From Oopsacas minuta (taxonomy: Eukaryota; Animalia; Porifera): a DNA stretch of 64,000 bases. The notes under the pieces were generated by a model. The model was not told the DNA's origin and ran no database searches. It saw only the letters and a list, made by a program, of their open reading frames with translations. This document shows, piece by piece, positions 1 through 15,700 of this stretch (within the stretch, counting starts at the first letter, position 1; the number at the start of each line of letters is the position of its first letter). The position numbers and the translations under genes were made by a program. The stretch is taken from the NCBI GenBank assembly GCA_024704765.1, contig JAKMXF010000144.1, forward strand, positions 124,001-188,000. The letters are read 5' to 3'.

Positions 1-613
1 TTTCCAAGTAAATATTATATATACAATTTTTGTCAGTTGTATTTACACTCGAGCATGTTAGTGTAAATATAAATATAAATACAAATAGATTCCTGTAGTC
101 TTTCGCGTCATTTCTTGTATACCGCTTTCAGTATATAAATTTAGTAATTATGTTGTCATTGTAGACATTTATAATCTTTGATTTACGTAAACACCAATGC
201 TTCTTTGGTTTCTGTTTACACATAAGGATGTATGTCTATTCCACCCTTCTGTTCTCCACATTCTTGAATGTTTCCCTAGCAACAGCACCCTTTAAACAGG
301 GCTAATACTGAACTGGTCTTACTAACCCTTTTCTAACCCTGTAAAAATGGCCCAGGTGACCCATAGTCTCTGATTAAGATCCTAGATTGGTTCGCTCCCC
401 CCTAACCACCTGGACGCCTCCTACATATATGAATATGAAATCGTGGCATCATTTTGTGATATCCAAATTCTCCATTCCATATACCACTAATCGTATCCAA
501 GTTTAGTAATATAATATTCACTGGGTGGTTACATGATACCATCCTAGTTAGGCTTACTTCTATGGCATAGTTCCTATAATTAGTTCCAGTTTGAAATTAA
601 GTAGATTTTAGCA

Positions 614-4655
<4,042 letters not shown>

Positions 4656-4822
4656 AAAGGTGTGAAGATTAGAGTGACTAACCATATGTATATATTCTAG
4701 TGTATATTTTGGAAATTGTTGAGATCCAAATTTTATATATTTTAGCTATTAATAGAGAATATATATACTGTACCACTTGTCAAATATTGTGCCACTTCCC
4801 ACACTGAGGCGTGCTACATGGG

Positions 4823-5087
4823 TTCATATTTTAACACCCTTGGACAGGGGATATAGTATACAGTAGAACTCGGATAAGACGTACACTCGGTTAAGACGTA
4901 CTTATTTCTGTTTCCCGAGGGGGTACGTCTTATCCGAATTCTACTGTATTATCATATACCATGATTCATAGCATTCTATACATGAATATATTCAGCAACT
5001 CCCTAACGTGCTTCTGTGACGTGTTATGTCTCAGTTTCCATGGTTACCTCGTTGGTATTTGGCTACACCCCTCATCGAGGGAGGCGA
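4823..5087 (-). repeat. Dispersed repeat R1, copy A (about 165 bp, interrupted by an 86-bp MITE)
   Basis: Reverse complement matches 8285-8450 and 26898-27055 (GAGGGGTGTAGCCAAATACC..GAGGTAACCATGGAAAC..CAAGGGTGTTAAAATATGAA). Confidence 0.8.
4861..4946. mobile_element. Tc1/mariner(pogo)-type MITE, 86 bp
   Basis: 24-bp TIRs CAGTAGAACTCGGATAAGACGTAC (4861-4884) and GTACGTCTTATCCGAATTCTACTG (4923-4946), 1 mismatch. TA on both flanks (4859-60, 4947-48). Internal subterminal copy CTCGGTTAAGACGTAC. Confidence 0.85.
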
Positions 5088-5365
5088 TTATCTACATTTT
5101 GCTCCCTCTATGCAAACTTGGAACAAAGTTTCCATCAAATCCCCGCCTGTATTTATAAATACATTCCACCTGACTTTCCATAGCAACCAAAATCTCCCTC
5201 ATTACGAGCACAATTATACCGTCTAATATGGCGCCTAATTAGGAAGTGTTATAACTATAATGCGTCTACCAGTTATGCCACCTGGAAGCCAGTTGTATAA
5301 TCAATACAGTAGTCAATACAATAATTAATGAATTCCTTATAAGTATCCATAGCAACCATCTTGAA

Positions 5366-8145
5366 ATGAATCAAGTAGCTGAACTAACGCTTGACCAATT
5401 GGCGGGGGGTAATCAAAACCATTATACAAATCTTTGGAGGAAGTACTGTGACCTTCCGGCACAGAAGGTAGGAGCACAAATGGGGGCGAGCCTCTTGAAG
5501 ACCTCGGGGCTAAATGAGGTTATTCTGAGGGACATTTGGGACCTGTCGGACTACCTTAAGGTAGGAGCACTTGATCAGAAGGGGTTCTTCCTCGCCATTC
5601 ATTTGGTGGCGCTAGCTCAGAGTGGGAAGACACCAAACCTCCAGAATGTCTCTCCCCTCACCCCACCCCCTCGCTTCTCAGATCTTAGTGACAATATGTC
5701 CCCCACTGAGTGGGCTGAGTATGAAAATAAGTTCCAAGAACTTCCTCAACAGGACGGATTCCTCAGTGGAAACTCTGTAAAGCCATTAATGATGAAATAT
5801 GGTCTCCCACCCTCAGCACTAGCTAGGATATGGCAGATGGTAGACACGGATTCTGATGGGAAATTAAGAGTCAATGAATTCTGCGTAGCTTTATTCCTAA
5901 TCAAACAGTGCTCAAGTGAGTTTATTATTAGTCAGCAAAGTGTTAGATGAAGGACAAATAACTACAGACAACCACTTTGATATACCGATGGAATATACGT
6001 TACTTTGTGTGGGGACCATATTTGTACGATTTCACACTTGGATATAAGCGGGTTTTTTGGGGGGTTTTATTGTATTATTATGATTATTATACCTCTCCAG
6101 ATGGACAGCTGCTCCCACAGAACATCCCCTCCTCCCTGTTCATAAAACCGTCCTCTCTGAGCTCGGGGCCTGTCCCATCGGGCGCCAAACGGCCAGACGA
6201 GTTCACCCTCTCCCTCGCGTCAAAGAACAAGTACGATGTCACTTTCCAGCAGTACGCTAAGAGTGGTGACGTCATATCGGGACAGGAGGCAAGGGAAGTA
6301 TTCAAACTTAGCAAACTGCCCGTGGCAACGCTAGCTGATATTTGGAATTTATGTTCTAAGAAGAAACCAGGATTCCTGACTAATAATGAATTTTCTTTAG
6401 CAATGCACCTGATAGAGGGTAAGCTACAGGGAAGAGAGATACCCTCTTCAATCTCCCCTGACTTCCTTCTGCTCTCTACCAAGAGCTCCACCCCTCTGCC
6501 AAGCATACCGCCTACATCATTGGGTCCCTTGGACTACAGTTCTATCAAGGAGTTGGACGGATTTGAGAACGAAGTTAAGAGTATGGACCAACAGGTTGAG
6601 ACCCTCCAGAATGAAGTCACGACAACTCAGATGGCAGTTGCACACAAAACAGCTGAGATGACAGAAATACAGGTGAGGGATAGGTGTGAAAATTGTGTCA
6701 CGAATTAATTGTGTCCTCGTAGGCTAAGCTGAATGTAGCGACAGATCAACGCGTCCAATTAGAGAGGGTACGGTCTGAACTGTCCAGTCGTCTACAGGAG
6801 GTGGACCAGAACCAAGTGGTGTTGTCCAAGAGCCTCCAAGAGGTGAATGAGAGATGCAGGAATGAGGAAGAGGAGATCAAAGGGTTGGAGAGAGAGCTTC
6901 TGGAGAGGGAGACCACCTTTAAAGCTAAACAAGACCAATTAGACGAAATGAAGAGATACATTTCATCACTCAAGGGACAGCAGGACGAGATGGAAAAACA
7001 GGTAACACCTCTTCATGCCACTTTAGTGCCACTTTACACCACTTAACACTTATGTCGACAGGTTGAAGATATGAAATCTAAAATAGCAGACATAAACCAG
7101 TCAATGGAAGAAGCTCAGAAGGAATTAGCTAAGGAACACAACAAGCTAAAGACCCTCCAGGAAGAGGAGGGCTCTCTGTCCGCTCAGATGAAACAGCTGG
7201 TGATCTTAGAGGCACAGACGAAGGACACCGATGGACAGATTGTTAACCTCGGAGAGACTGACAATCTCCCGGTAGACTTCATTAGTAAAGAAGGTGATTT
7301 AAATTCAGTGCGAGCGACCGCTGGTTCCTCTCCGGTCTCTTCTATCTCTAACGTAAGTGCCGGGTCCGCTCCCCAGCTGGATGATCACACTATTGAGGAC
7401 GATTTTAACACGCGTCAGAATAGGACAAGAGACAATGGGATCCTCAAGGGTGCAGGAGGGATCACTGACCGTACGGTTAAATTTGCAGATGAGATTGATC
7501 AGGTAGAGAGTATTTATTAAATTTTGGTAATTATTGAATTTAGAATTTATTTCATATTTTTAGACCTCTCGTCCCGACCCTCAGGGGGCTCCTTCTGGAG
7601 TGGACCCTTTCAAATCTGACCCATTCCCAGAATCAGTTGTTGATCCTGCTTCAGACCCATTTCTAATGGACCCATTCAGCTCCAGTGCTCAGACACAGAA
7701 TGCTGGAAGCTTTGACCCCTTCCTCACCACGGATAAGTCCTCATTCCCCGGGGGTATCAATCCCTTCCTCTCTCTAGACACTCTCCCCATGACTCAAGAA
7801 ACCGCTCAGTTCAAGTCAGACCCCTTTGGACAAGATCAGACCAATATTGCCCCTGTAAACGACCCATTCGGACAGGATCAGACCAATATTGCCCCTGTAA
7901 ACGACCCATTCGGACAAGATCAGACCAATATTGCCCCTGTAAACGACCCATTCGGACAAGATCAGACCAATACTACCACTGGGAATGATCCTTTCAAAGA
8001 TGCTACAAATCTAGACCCCTTTGGTGCTGACCCTTTCAAGACTCAAGCCCCTACCTTCAAACAAGGACCTGACCCATTTGATACTGACCCCTTCGCTGGT
8101 ACAGAAGGATCTGATCCCTTCGCTTCAGATCCTTTTAATAACTAA
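5366..8145 (+). CDS. EPS15: EPS15-like endocytic adaptor (3 EH domains, coiled coil, DPF tail), 5 exons
   Basis: Exons 5366-5915, 6101-6672, 6723-7001, 7062-7502, 7564-8145. Three EH signatures (ILRDIWDLSD, ALARIWQMVD, TLADIWNLCS), a heptad region and 16 DPF motifs. Confidence 0.9.
7819..7972 (+). repeat. 42-bp coding tandem repeat (DPFGQDQTNIAPVN x about 3.7) in EPS15
   Basis: Units start at 7819, 7861, 7903 and 7945 (partial); near-identical DNA. Confidence 0.95.
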
Positions 8146-8284
8146 TAATATTTAGCATTTTGACATTCTAATCTTTGTGCTGTACTCTCTCTCTCTCTCT
8201 CTCTGTATTTGGTATGTAAAGAATTACTTTCATTAATTAGATTAGTAGACTGTTTATTCAATTAGAACCAATTGGATGATTGTC

Positions 8285-8450
8285 CTCTCCCTAGCTGGAG
8301 GGGTGTAGCCAAATACCTACGAGGTAACCATGGAAACGGGACATAACACGTTGGTGAATATATTCACGCACTGAATGCTATGATTCATGGTGTGTGGTAT
8401 GTGATAATATATGTCATCTGTACAAGGGTGTTAAAAATATGAATAATCAA
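8285..8450 (+). repeat. Dispersed repeat R1, copy B
   Basis: Direct match to 26898-27055 and inverted match to 4823-5087. Lies between the convergent EPS15 and PLCB stop codons. Confidence 0.8.
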
Positions 8451-8501
8451 TAGTAAACAAGTAATCAACAATATTAACAAACAATCAAATAAACATTCAA
8501 A

Positions 8502-11500
8502 CTAACTGTCAAATTGTTCAAATTTTAATTCCAGTTCCTTGACGTCACGTTCCAGCTGTTTCAAAATATTAATAGACTCCTTTTCAAACATATTATTCTC
8601 CTGAGACTGTAACCTCTCCAATTCGGTGGTCTGGTGATGCACGAACACTTTAACGGTGGTTTGTGTGGCTTTTTGAGAACAGAGGGTCCCAGTCTTACCC
8701 AATAGGTCATTGATTATGTCCAACTTCTTGACTTCTATCTCCTTTTCAACTGATTTCTTCTCAACTTCTTGAACTTTTTCTAATATTTGTTGTCTCTGGT
8801 TTTGATGAGCTGCCTTTAGTAAGGGGAGAGTCATTAATTTTAATTCTCTACAACTGTCCAACTCCATCTGTGCCTCCTCTCTCTCCTGCTTACACCGGAT
8901 ATGCTCTATCTCCCTCATAGCCTGCTCAGATACCCCTGATAATTTAAGGTCTTTCATCTCCAAGAGTCTCTCCTTCTGCCCTTGTAACTTAGCTCTCTCC
9001 TCCTCGCCTATCCTCCGTGTCTGTCCCTTGACAACCTTTTGAATTTCTTTATCATAGTTAGATGTAATATCTCTTATCCTTTTGTCTCTGTCCTGTTCAT
9101 ATGTTTCAATCTGTTTCTGATTCGCTCTGGAGTTTGTTGTCAATTCTCTCCTTTGCTTGTCTTGTTTACTGATAAGACTTTTGGTAGTTAAGATCACTGC
9201 TTCGACGCTCTGGGGGACAATTGGCTCACGATTTTGTATCGATTTTATTGTGGGGATATATTCAGAGTTGAAACCCTGGGGTTCTAACACATTCTTTCTC
9301 GGTTTGGCGAGGTTCTCGTAATCGAATGAGCTCGTGAAGCTAGTAGGGGTCTTGGGGCGTGTTGGGCTCGATGGGTCGTAAGTCCCATCGTCTGAATTAA
9401 CAGATAAACTATGAGAAACCTTCACACGTAGTAATGACTTTCCAGTTATAGTATTTGTTGCAGAAGTAGCCCGTGTCTTATCTATTCCGTTAATAATATC
9501 CTGTAGCTCTTGATCTATAGGCTCTCCCTTTCCTTCCATCAAGGACAGCATCGATTTTCTCTTAAATGCACTTGACTCTAATCTCATAACAGTTCCCTTC
9601 TGTCTCCCTCTGGCCAGCTGTTCAGGGTTCTTCAAAACATTCGCGTAACCCTCAAGTCCATCCGCTACAAAATCTTCCATCCTGACCTGCACGAATAGGG
9701 AGGCTAGGCCCATGGGGAGGTTGTACTTGTCCCTCATATAAATATGTCTGTACCCATTTTGTAGGAGGGACAGGGGGAGGATGCGATGGGCAATTATGTT
9801 ACTCCCTTCATCCAAAATATTAATTTTAAGCAATGCTAAGTCCTGAGAGAAAATTCCTTCAAACCAAATCCATTTCTCTTCATCCCACATAGCTCGTAGT
9901 CCGTTATAGTTAGTGAACCGTGATGTGTTGTCCTTGTTACGTCTATGGGTGTCAGCTGGGAGGCCAAACATCTCTGCTTGAACCATCAGCTCGCATTGAT
10001 ACGGCCCTAGGAAGTGGGCGGATATAACTCGTATCCCACAATTGGTGGGGATAGTATGCTCCGGGGGTGTTTGTGTGAATGGTTCTAACACATTTCTATC
10101 AGTCTTCTCTACTCGGAGTATATCCGGTTTTAAAAGATACCCACAGTTGCCCGCTAGTTCGAACTTAGCCTGATTTATCTGCATAGGTAGGTCAGGTGTC
10201 TGATAGTTAAGTGCTACCATCTGACATCCCACATTCCAGTAGATTTGTGGCATATAGTTAGAGGAGGATATTCTGGACCCAGCTGGGTAGATGCGAGACG
10301 TATGACTACTGTTGTACCGAATGAATTTAGCACCCTCGTGTTGTAATAATACAAGCCCCCTTACCTCAGAAAATGAGGACATTTCACAGTTTCTCTCCTT
10401 CTCCAAACTATCATCAAATGATTTGAACTTAACAGGTTCCACATAGTTTACCAAATCTGATAGTGACATATCCACCTCACCCTCATTGGTTCCGTCCCAT
10501 TCCTCGGAGGCAGTTTGGTCGAGAAGAATTTCTGGATTGGTAGCTTTTCTCACTCTTACGAGATCAACTTTATTTATGGCGCTAGAAGACCGTGCGACAC
10601 ATTCTAGAACCCTCTTGTTCTTGATGAGGATCTTACCCCTCAGGCTGGAGGGAGAGGGTAGCTTCACACCTGGATCGGTAGGATGTGAGGGGAGCAGGGT
10701 ACAGAGAGAGGATCCTAAGTACTTCACACAAAATTGTGCCATCAACTGTTGCTGGTTTTTAGAACAATGATTCTCAAAGGACAAAATAACTGGAGTGTCC
10801 GTTTTCAGAAACGCAAACTCTCCGATAACTCGTATAACCTCCTCAAAAGATATCTTGGTACAGAGGGTGTTACCGTGTGTGATAACAGGTTCCCCGGTAC
10901 TCGAGTCCCAACAGTCCAATTCGATACAACGTGCTCCAAGCAACAGCGCCTGAATATACATTTCCACAGTAGAATTGCTTTTGAGTTGATTTCCAGTTAG
11001 ATAGGTGTTATGTGAAGAATTAATAAAATAGTCACAGAGGGGGTGTGACATGGCACGGGGACACTTTAGCTCCCCTGGCGTAACTATGGAGTTGAGAGAA
11101 CTATGCAAATATTTATAAAAATCATTCAGAGAAATGGAATTATCTTCGTTTGGTAATATTGAAATAGATTGGAGTATTCCTTTCAAGGATCTAATTTTCA
11201 ATTTTTGTACCAGCTGATCATTGACTCTGGGGTCCCATTGGGTGTTATTTATGAACTGGAGGAGGGATGAGTAGGAGAGGAACTCAACTTGACTTTTCTC
11301 AACTGCCAACAGACCCAAAAATATTTTATCCAAATCAGGACGCGGACACAATTCCATATAAATTATCCACATCAGCTGTTCGGTGAGTTTATCCACCGAC
11401 ACCTCGATGCCACTCTCTTCCAGGAGGCTCATCTTTCCCAATACACCCTCCAACACCTTCTCTTGATCCCGTGGCAGTCCCATGAGTCGAGTTATCTCAC

Positions 11501-12020
11501 TGCACTTAACCGTATTACCAGCTGATTCTAATAACAGCTGACACTTAACCTTTCTTAGGTAACAGAATATATCACCATTAATATGTAGCTGATTGAAGCT
11601 CAATGGATTTACATTGGAACACCACTTGTCTATAATTTTAGGGTCTGAATGAAGGAAATATGTGTAAGTTGGTGATACAAAATAGTGCACAGTTGAATCC
11701 TGGGAGGGCTGGCGGAACACAAGACAAAAATAATTGTCCTCATAAGAAGTGGCAGACTCAAACGAAAGAAGTTCCATTAGTTTGTCTAGCTGTCGACACC
11801 TCCGTATACGGCCAGAAGATAGGTCACTCACTAATACAAGATCATAAGTCCGAGCCTTCGCTTCTCCGATCAGAGATTGTTGTAACGGCTCTTCATACAC
11901 GAAAAAACCTTCAGGGTCAACCGTCAATCGGACAGGAGAGAAGATCCCATCCCCCTCCCTCCATTTTTGGAACTCATCAGAGAGTAGTGAACCAATATTA
12001 TTAGTAAAAGCAACAGACAT
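8502..12020 (-). CDS. PLCB: Phospholipase C beta, intronless, 1172 aa
   Basis: PH/EF region, X box (INSSHNTYLTGNQL, ELDCWD, HGNTLC), Y box (SRIYPAGSRISSSNY..CQMVALNYQT), C2, post-C2 YANVLKNP resembling the Gq-binding helix, C-terminal coiled coil. Confidence 0.93.
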   Translation of the reverse strand: MSVAFTNNIGSLLSDEFQKWREGDGIFSPVRLTVDPEGFFVYEEPLQQSLIGEAKARTYDLVLVSDLSSGRIRRCRQLDKLMELLSFESATSYEDNYFCLVFRQPSQDSTVHYFVSPTYTYFLHSDPKIIDKWCSNVNPLSFNQLHINGDIFCYLRKVKCQLLLESAGNTVKCSEITRLMGLPRDQEKVLEGVLGKMSLLEESGIEVSVDKLTEQLMWIIYMELCPRPDLDKIFLGLLAVEKSQVEFLSYSSLLQFINNTQWDPRVNDQLVQKLKIRSLKGILQSISILPNEDNSISLNDFYKYLHSSLNSIVTPGELKCPRAMSHPLCDYFINSSHNTYLTGNQLKSNSTVEMYIQALLLGARCIELDCWDSSTGEPVITHGNTLCTKISFEEVIRVIGEFAFLKTDTPVILSFENHCSKNQQQLMAQFCVKYLGSSLCTLLPSHPTDPGVKLPSPSSLRGKILIKNKRVLECVARSSSAINKVDLVRVRKATNPEILLDQTASEEWDGTNEGEVDMSLSDLVNYVEPVKFKSFDDSLEKERNCEMSSFSEVRGLVLLQHEGAKFIRYNSSHTSRIYPAGSRISSSNYMPQIYWNVGCQMVALNYQTPDLPMQINQAKFELAGNCGYLLKPDILRVEKTDRNVLEPFTQTPPEHTIPTNCGIRVISAHFLGPYQCELMVQAEMFGLPADTHRRNKDNTSRFTNYNGLRAMWDEEKWIWFEGIFSQDLALLKINILDEGSNIIAHRILPLSLLQNGYRHIYMRDKYNLPMGLASLFVQVRMEDFVADGLEGYANVLKNPEQLARGRQKGTVMRLESSAFKRKSMLSLMEGKGEPIDQELQDIINGIDKTRATSATNTITGKSLLRVKVSHSLSVNSDDGTYDPSSPTRPKTPTSFTSSFDYENLAKPRKNVLEPQGFNSEYIPTIKSIQNREPIVPQSVEAVILTTKSLISKQDKQRRELTTNSRANQKQIETYEQDRDKRIRDITSNYDKEIQKVVKGQTRRIGEEERAKLQGQKERLLEMKDLKLSGVSEQAMREIEHIRCKQEREEAQMELDSCRELKLMTLPLLKAAHQNQRQQILEKVQEVEKKSVEKEIEVKKLDIINDLLGKTGTLCSQKATQTTVKVFVHHQTTELERLQSQENNMFEKESINILKQLERDVKELELKFEQFDS

Positions 12021-12723
12021 GAATTTTAATAATTCCTATTAAGTTTTCTATTTAAGCTTTTCAATTGAAATCAATACTCAGTTGACATCACAAAAGCCTT
12101 ACAATACAAACATGGAGAATCTGTTTGGTAGCTAGATGAGCTTGTGGTGCACACATAGACATATCTTTAGGTGTTGAAACTGATATAAGAAAGAACAATA
12201 GCAAAACCTTGATTGTGTCCACAAGTGGATTATATATATATATATATATAGCATAAATGTCCATATATGGAATTAAATAAATGAAAGGAGTGTACATGAA
12301 ATAAGAATAATATTAATCTGCAAATTTGTAGTTTCATATTTCCTCTAAAATGTGTTAAAACTATACATTACAATAGGTATAGTAGTAATGATATAACCTG
12401 TGTGAGGTGTTATACATGGCATATACAGCTGGGATACATCATATAGGATAGAACACGGCAGTATTTGTGATTAGAAATAATATAAGAGATTCTTGGTGGG
12501 ACATAGCAGAAAAGTAGGACAATTAGTTTGATGGCTTGTTAGGCTCTTGCCCTGAGGATAGATTTACTGGCTTCATAATATAACAAACACCTCCCTTAAC
12601 AATAGTTGTTACTAGTTGTATAATATAAAATAAACATACATACAATTCGAGTTCAATATTGAGTGATTATAATAGTAAAATATACGTGTAAGTAGTTAGT
12701 AAGAGGACAGGAGGACAGGAGGA

Positions 12724-15700
12724 CTAGTAAGAGATCGGCTTGTCTGTGGGGTCATGAAATACTGTAGCGTAAGATGTCTTCAAGAACTGAATATAACTCT
12801 GCATACTCTTAGCTGAAGAATTTGCTTGTTCTAGTTTGTCTTTCATCTCAGCAATCCTTGTTGTATAACTACAAAGAAATAGATTCCAATAAATACTTCA
12901 CATAGCCTTACATGCACAGTAACGGGTTTGAATGAATGAAAAGTATTTTCATTCAATTCTCACGTGTATAATTGTCCCATTTATCCATTAATTGGTTTGT
13001 GCTAATCTAGATGAGATAGAGGAGCACATGTGTTTACGGATAAAGAGTTAATGGAATGATGAAAACTGGGAAAGACGAGATTATGAGATAGGAATGTCAG
13101 AATGAATGGTAAGTACACGGACTGTATTCTGAATTAGTATATAATAAGCTGGATAATTGCATAATAAACACAAATAATAATATTTATTAATTAGATAATC
13201 TAAACAGAACTAAGGTGTGAATAATATTATTACTGATTGGAGTTATGAAAACATATTTATAACGATTTCCAAATAATTACTTTAGATATTCAATTCAAAA
13301 TGAGAGTTTCTTTCATTATTTTGTTGATTGGAGTATTTTCGATAGTTTCACAGCTCAAAGCCCGTGGATTAGAAGGATCAGATAATACCCAGCTGGAAGG
13401 ATCAGATAATACCCAGCTGGAAGGATCAGATAATACCCAGCTGGGAGGATCAGATAATACCCAGCTGGGAGGTACAAACTGTACTGAAATCTGCGAAAAT
13501 TATGAATATGACACCAGGTACAGTTTTTAAACAAAATTAATAATATTTAGCATAAATTTACAATATTTTCATTTTTTAGTGTGATAGATTTTCTAGGAGA
13601 AATCTGCAATGTAACAGAGAATGAATGTGATAAAGAGTTAAGTTATTAATTAAATATATAACTAATACCAAATAATTACAAATAATTCTATTTTTAGTAT
13701 TTCACAATTCATTACTGGAGTCTGCATTGATATCTGCACAGTGATTGAAGATAATATTCGTGGTATATCCACAGAATACCCTACCTATTATCCAAATTAC
13801 TCATCCCAATACCCTACCTACTATCCATCCCAGTACCCTACCTACTATCCATCCCAGTACCCTACCTACTATCCATCCCAGTACCCTACCTACTATCCAT
13901 CCCAGTATCCTACCTACTATCCATCCCAGTACCCTACCTACTATCCATCCCAGTACCCTACCTATTATCCATCCCAGTACCCTACCAATTACCCATACTA
14001 CACGGAGTATCCCTACGCTGAGGAACTTCAAGAGTAACCAACACAATGTATCAAGACATTAATCTAGGCGCTAACTCAGTATCTTAGGCGCTATTTGAAT
14101 ATCTTAGGACAGAGTAAGATGTATTGATATAATTATTATCAGAATAAAGTAATTATACTAGAGTATTTGGTATATATTAATTCAGTGATTTCACTGAGGG
14201 TACTCTCAATTGGATCATAATAAATGGTCCAAGACTGGGCTGGGGTTATAATACAAGTAATAGAATCCTCTATTATCCGGATTATGTGTGAAACGAACTC
14301 ACCGTCGTTCTGCATCATCTTTATTCCTCTTAAGTTGTGAGTTAGTCACACCTAACTGTGCTACTTGTGCTTCCAAATCAGCAACATTACTTTGTAAGGC
14401 TCGGTCCCTTGAAGAGAGCTTCTCTCTCATCTGCTCCACTTGTCGCCTAGATTCTGTTCTGCGGGATTCATATTGTCTTGACAGATTTATATTTTCATTT
14501 GTTACTTCTTCTAGTCGTGTTTGTACACGCTGTAGTGCCTAAACAAACAGGCAACACAGCTGTATTATGCCTATTACACATTCCAGAGTATGTTACTTAG
14601 CTACCTCTTCTTTCTTGCTTGATATGTTGATAAGATCTCTATTCTGTTGATCACATTCAATAACTCTTCTCTCCAGCTCTGACACACGATCTTGAAATAC
14701 CTTATTCTCCCCAGACACGTGGAATAATCTCTCTCTTGTGTTGTCGTTAAGTGTCAAATGGCCTTTCTCACGCTCAGAAAAGTCTGTTATTGTTAGTGTC
14801 TGTTTTGATAGCAAATCTTCCAGAGACTTCACCTATAAAATTTGGTGTCATGACCACCCTATAATGTCACTTTATAAAATATTCACACCTTTTCTCTAAG
14901 GCCCAGTATATGTGAATCTTTCTCACGAATAAGTTCAGGAAGTGGTTCCATTTCTGCCACTTTAGTTTGGGATCTAATCTTCTCTAATTCGACACTATTT
15001 CTCTGTTCATCTCTCAATATTTCTAGATTTCCATCCTTTCTGGTTAGTTCATTTTGAAGTGTCATATTCTCTCTTTTCAATTCGTCTATTCTACTTTTGT
15101 ATTCTATTATTAGTGCTTCGAAATTTCCGATAGAAATCTAACAAATTGAGTGTTAAATAATTGTGTCACAATTCACTAAATGACACCTTACTTGTAATTG
15201 TGTCGCTTCTGAGTTGGCACTTTGTGCCCTGGTGTCTGCCATTTGTTCCTGCTGTGACAATCTGTCCTGCAGTCCTGCCACTCTAGCCTCTAGCCTTTGT
15301 TTGTCGATATGAGAGGTGTTGAGGTCCTGTGTGGTTTCTAAGAGACGCTTAGAGAGTGAGTCGAGGGAAGTTTTAGCGGTGTCCTTGCTCTGAAATAGTG
15401 TCGCTTCCAGCTCTGCCACTTTATCTCTGTAGAGACTACAGTCTGTCTCCAGCTGTGCCTTCCCTCTCACCAACTGAAGTAGCTTATTATAAATCATATG
15501 ATATTAAATAACATAAATTCCTATGTGATACTATGGTTACCATAACAGTGGAATATGCAAAACAATGAAATAATCTATAATTAGAACTCAAATTAATCTT
15601 ATAATTATCCTTAGTAAGCTCAATCATATAAAAGCTAGCGTAAGTTATGTAGAAACTAAAAAGACTTCTAAAATGGCGTCTAGATATATGACTGGTTTAA

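Noticed and set aside
1-613. Possible minus-strand coding fragment near 180-300
   Set aside because: Only a short frame with no recognisable motif or consistent exon chain.
8285-8450. R1 repeat as the spliced-leader RNA gene (GAG|GTAAC about 40 nt from its start)
   Set aside because: No Sm-binding site was recognised and the copies are too divergent in the would-be leader. It is worth comparing only once a leader sequence is known.
7819-13977. Regular direct repeats (42 bp and 24 bp) as possible CRISPR arrays
   Set aside because: The units are contiguous without unique spacers, in frame within eukaryotic CDSs, and no cas genes are present.
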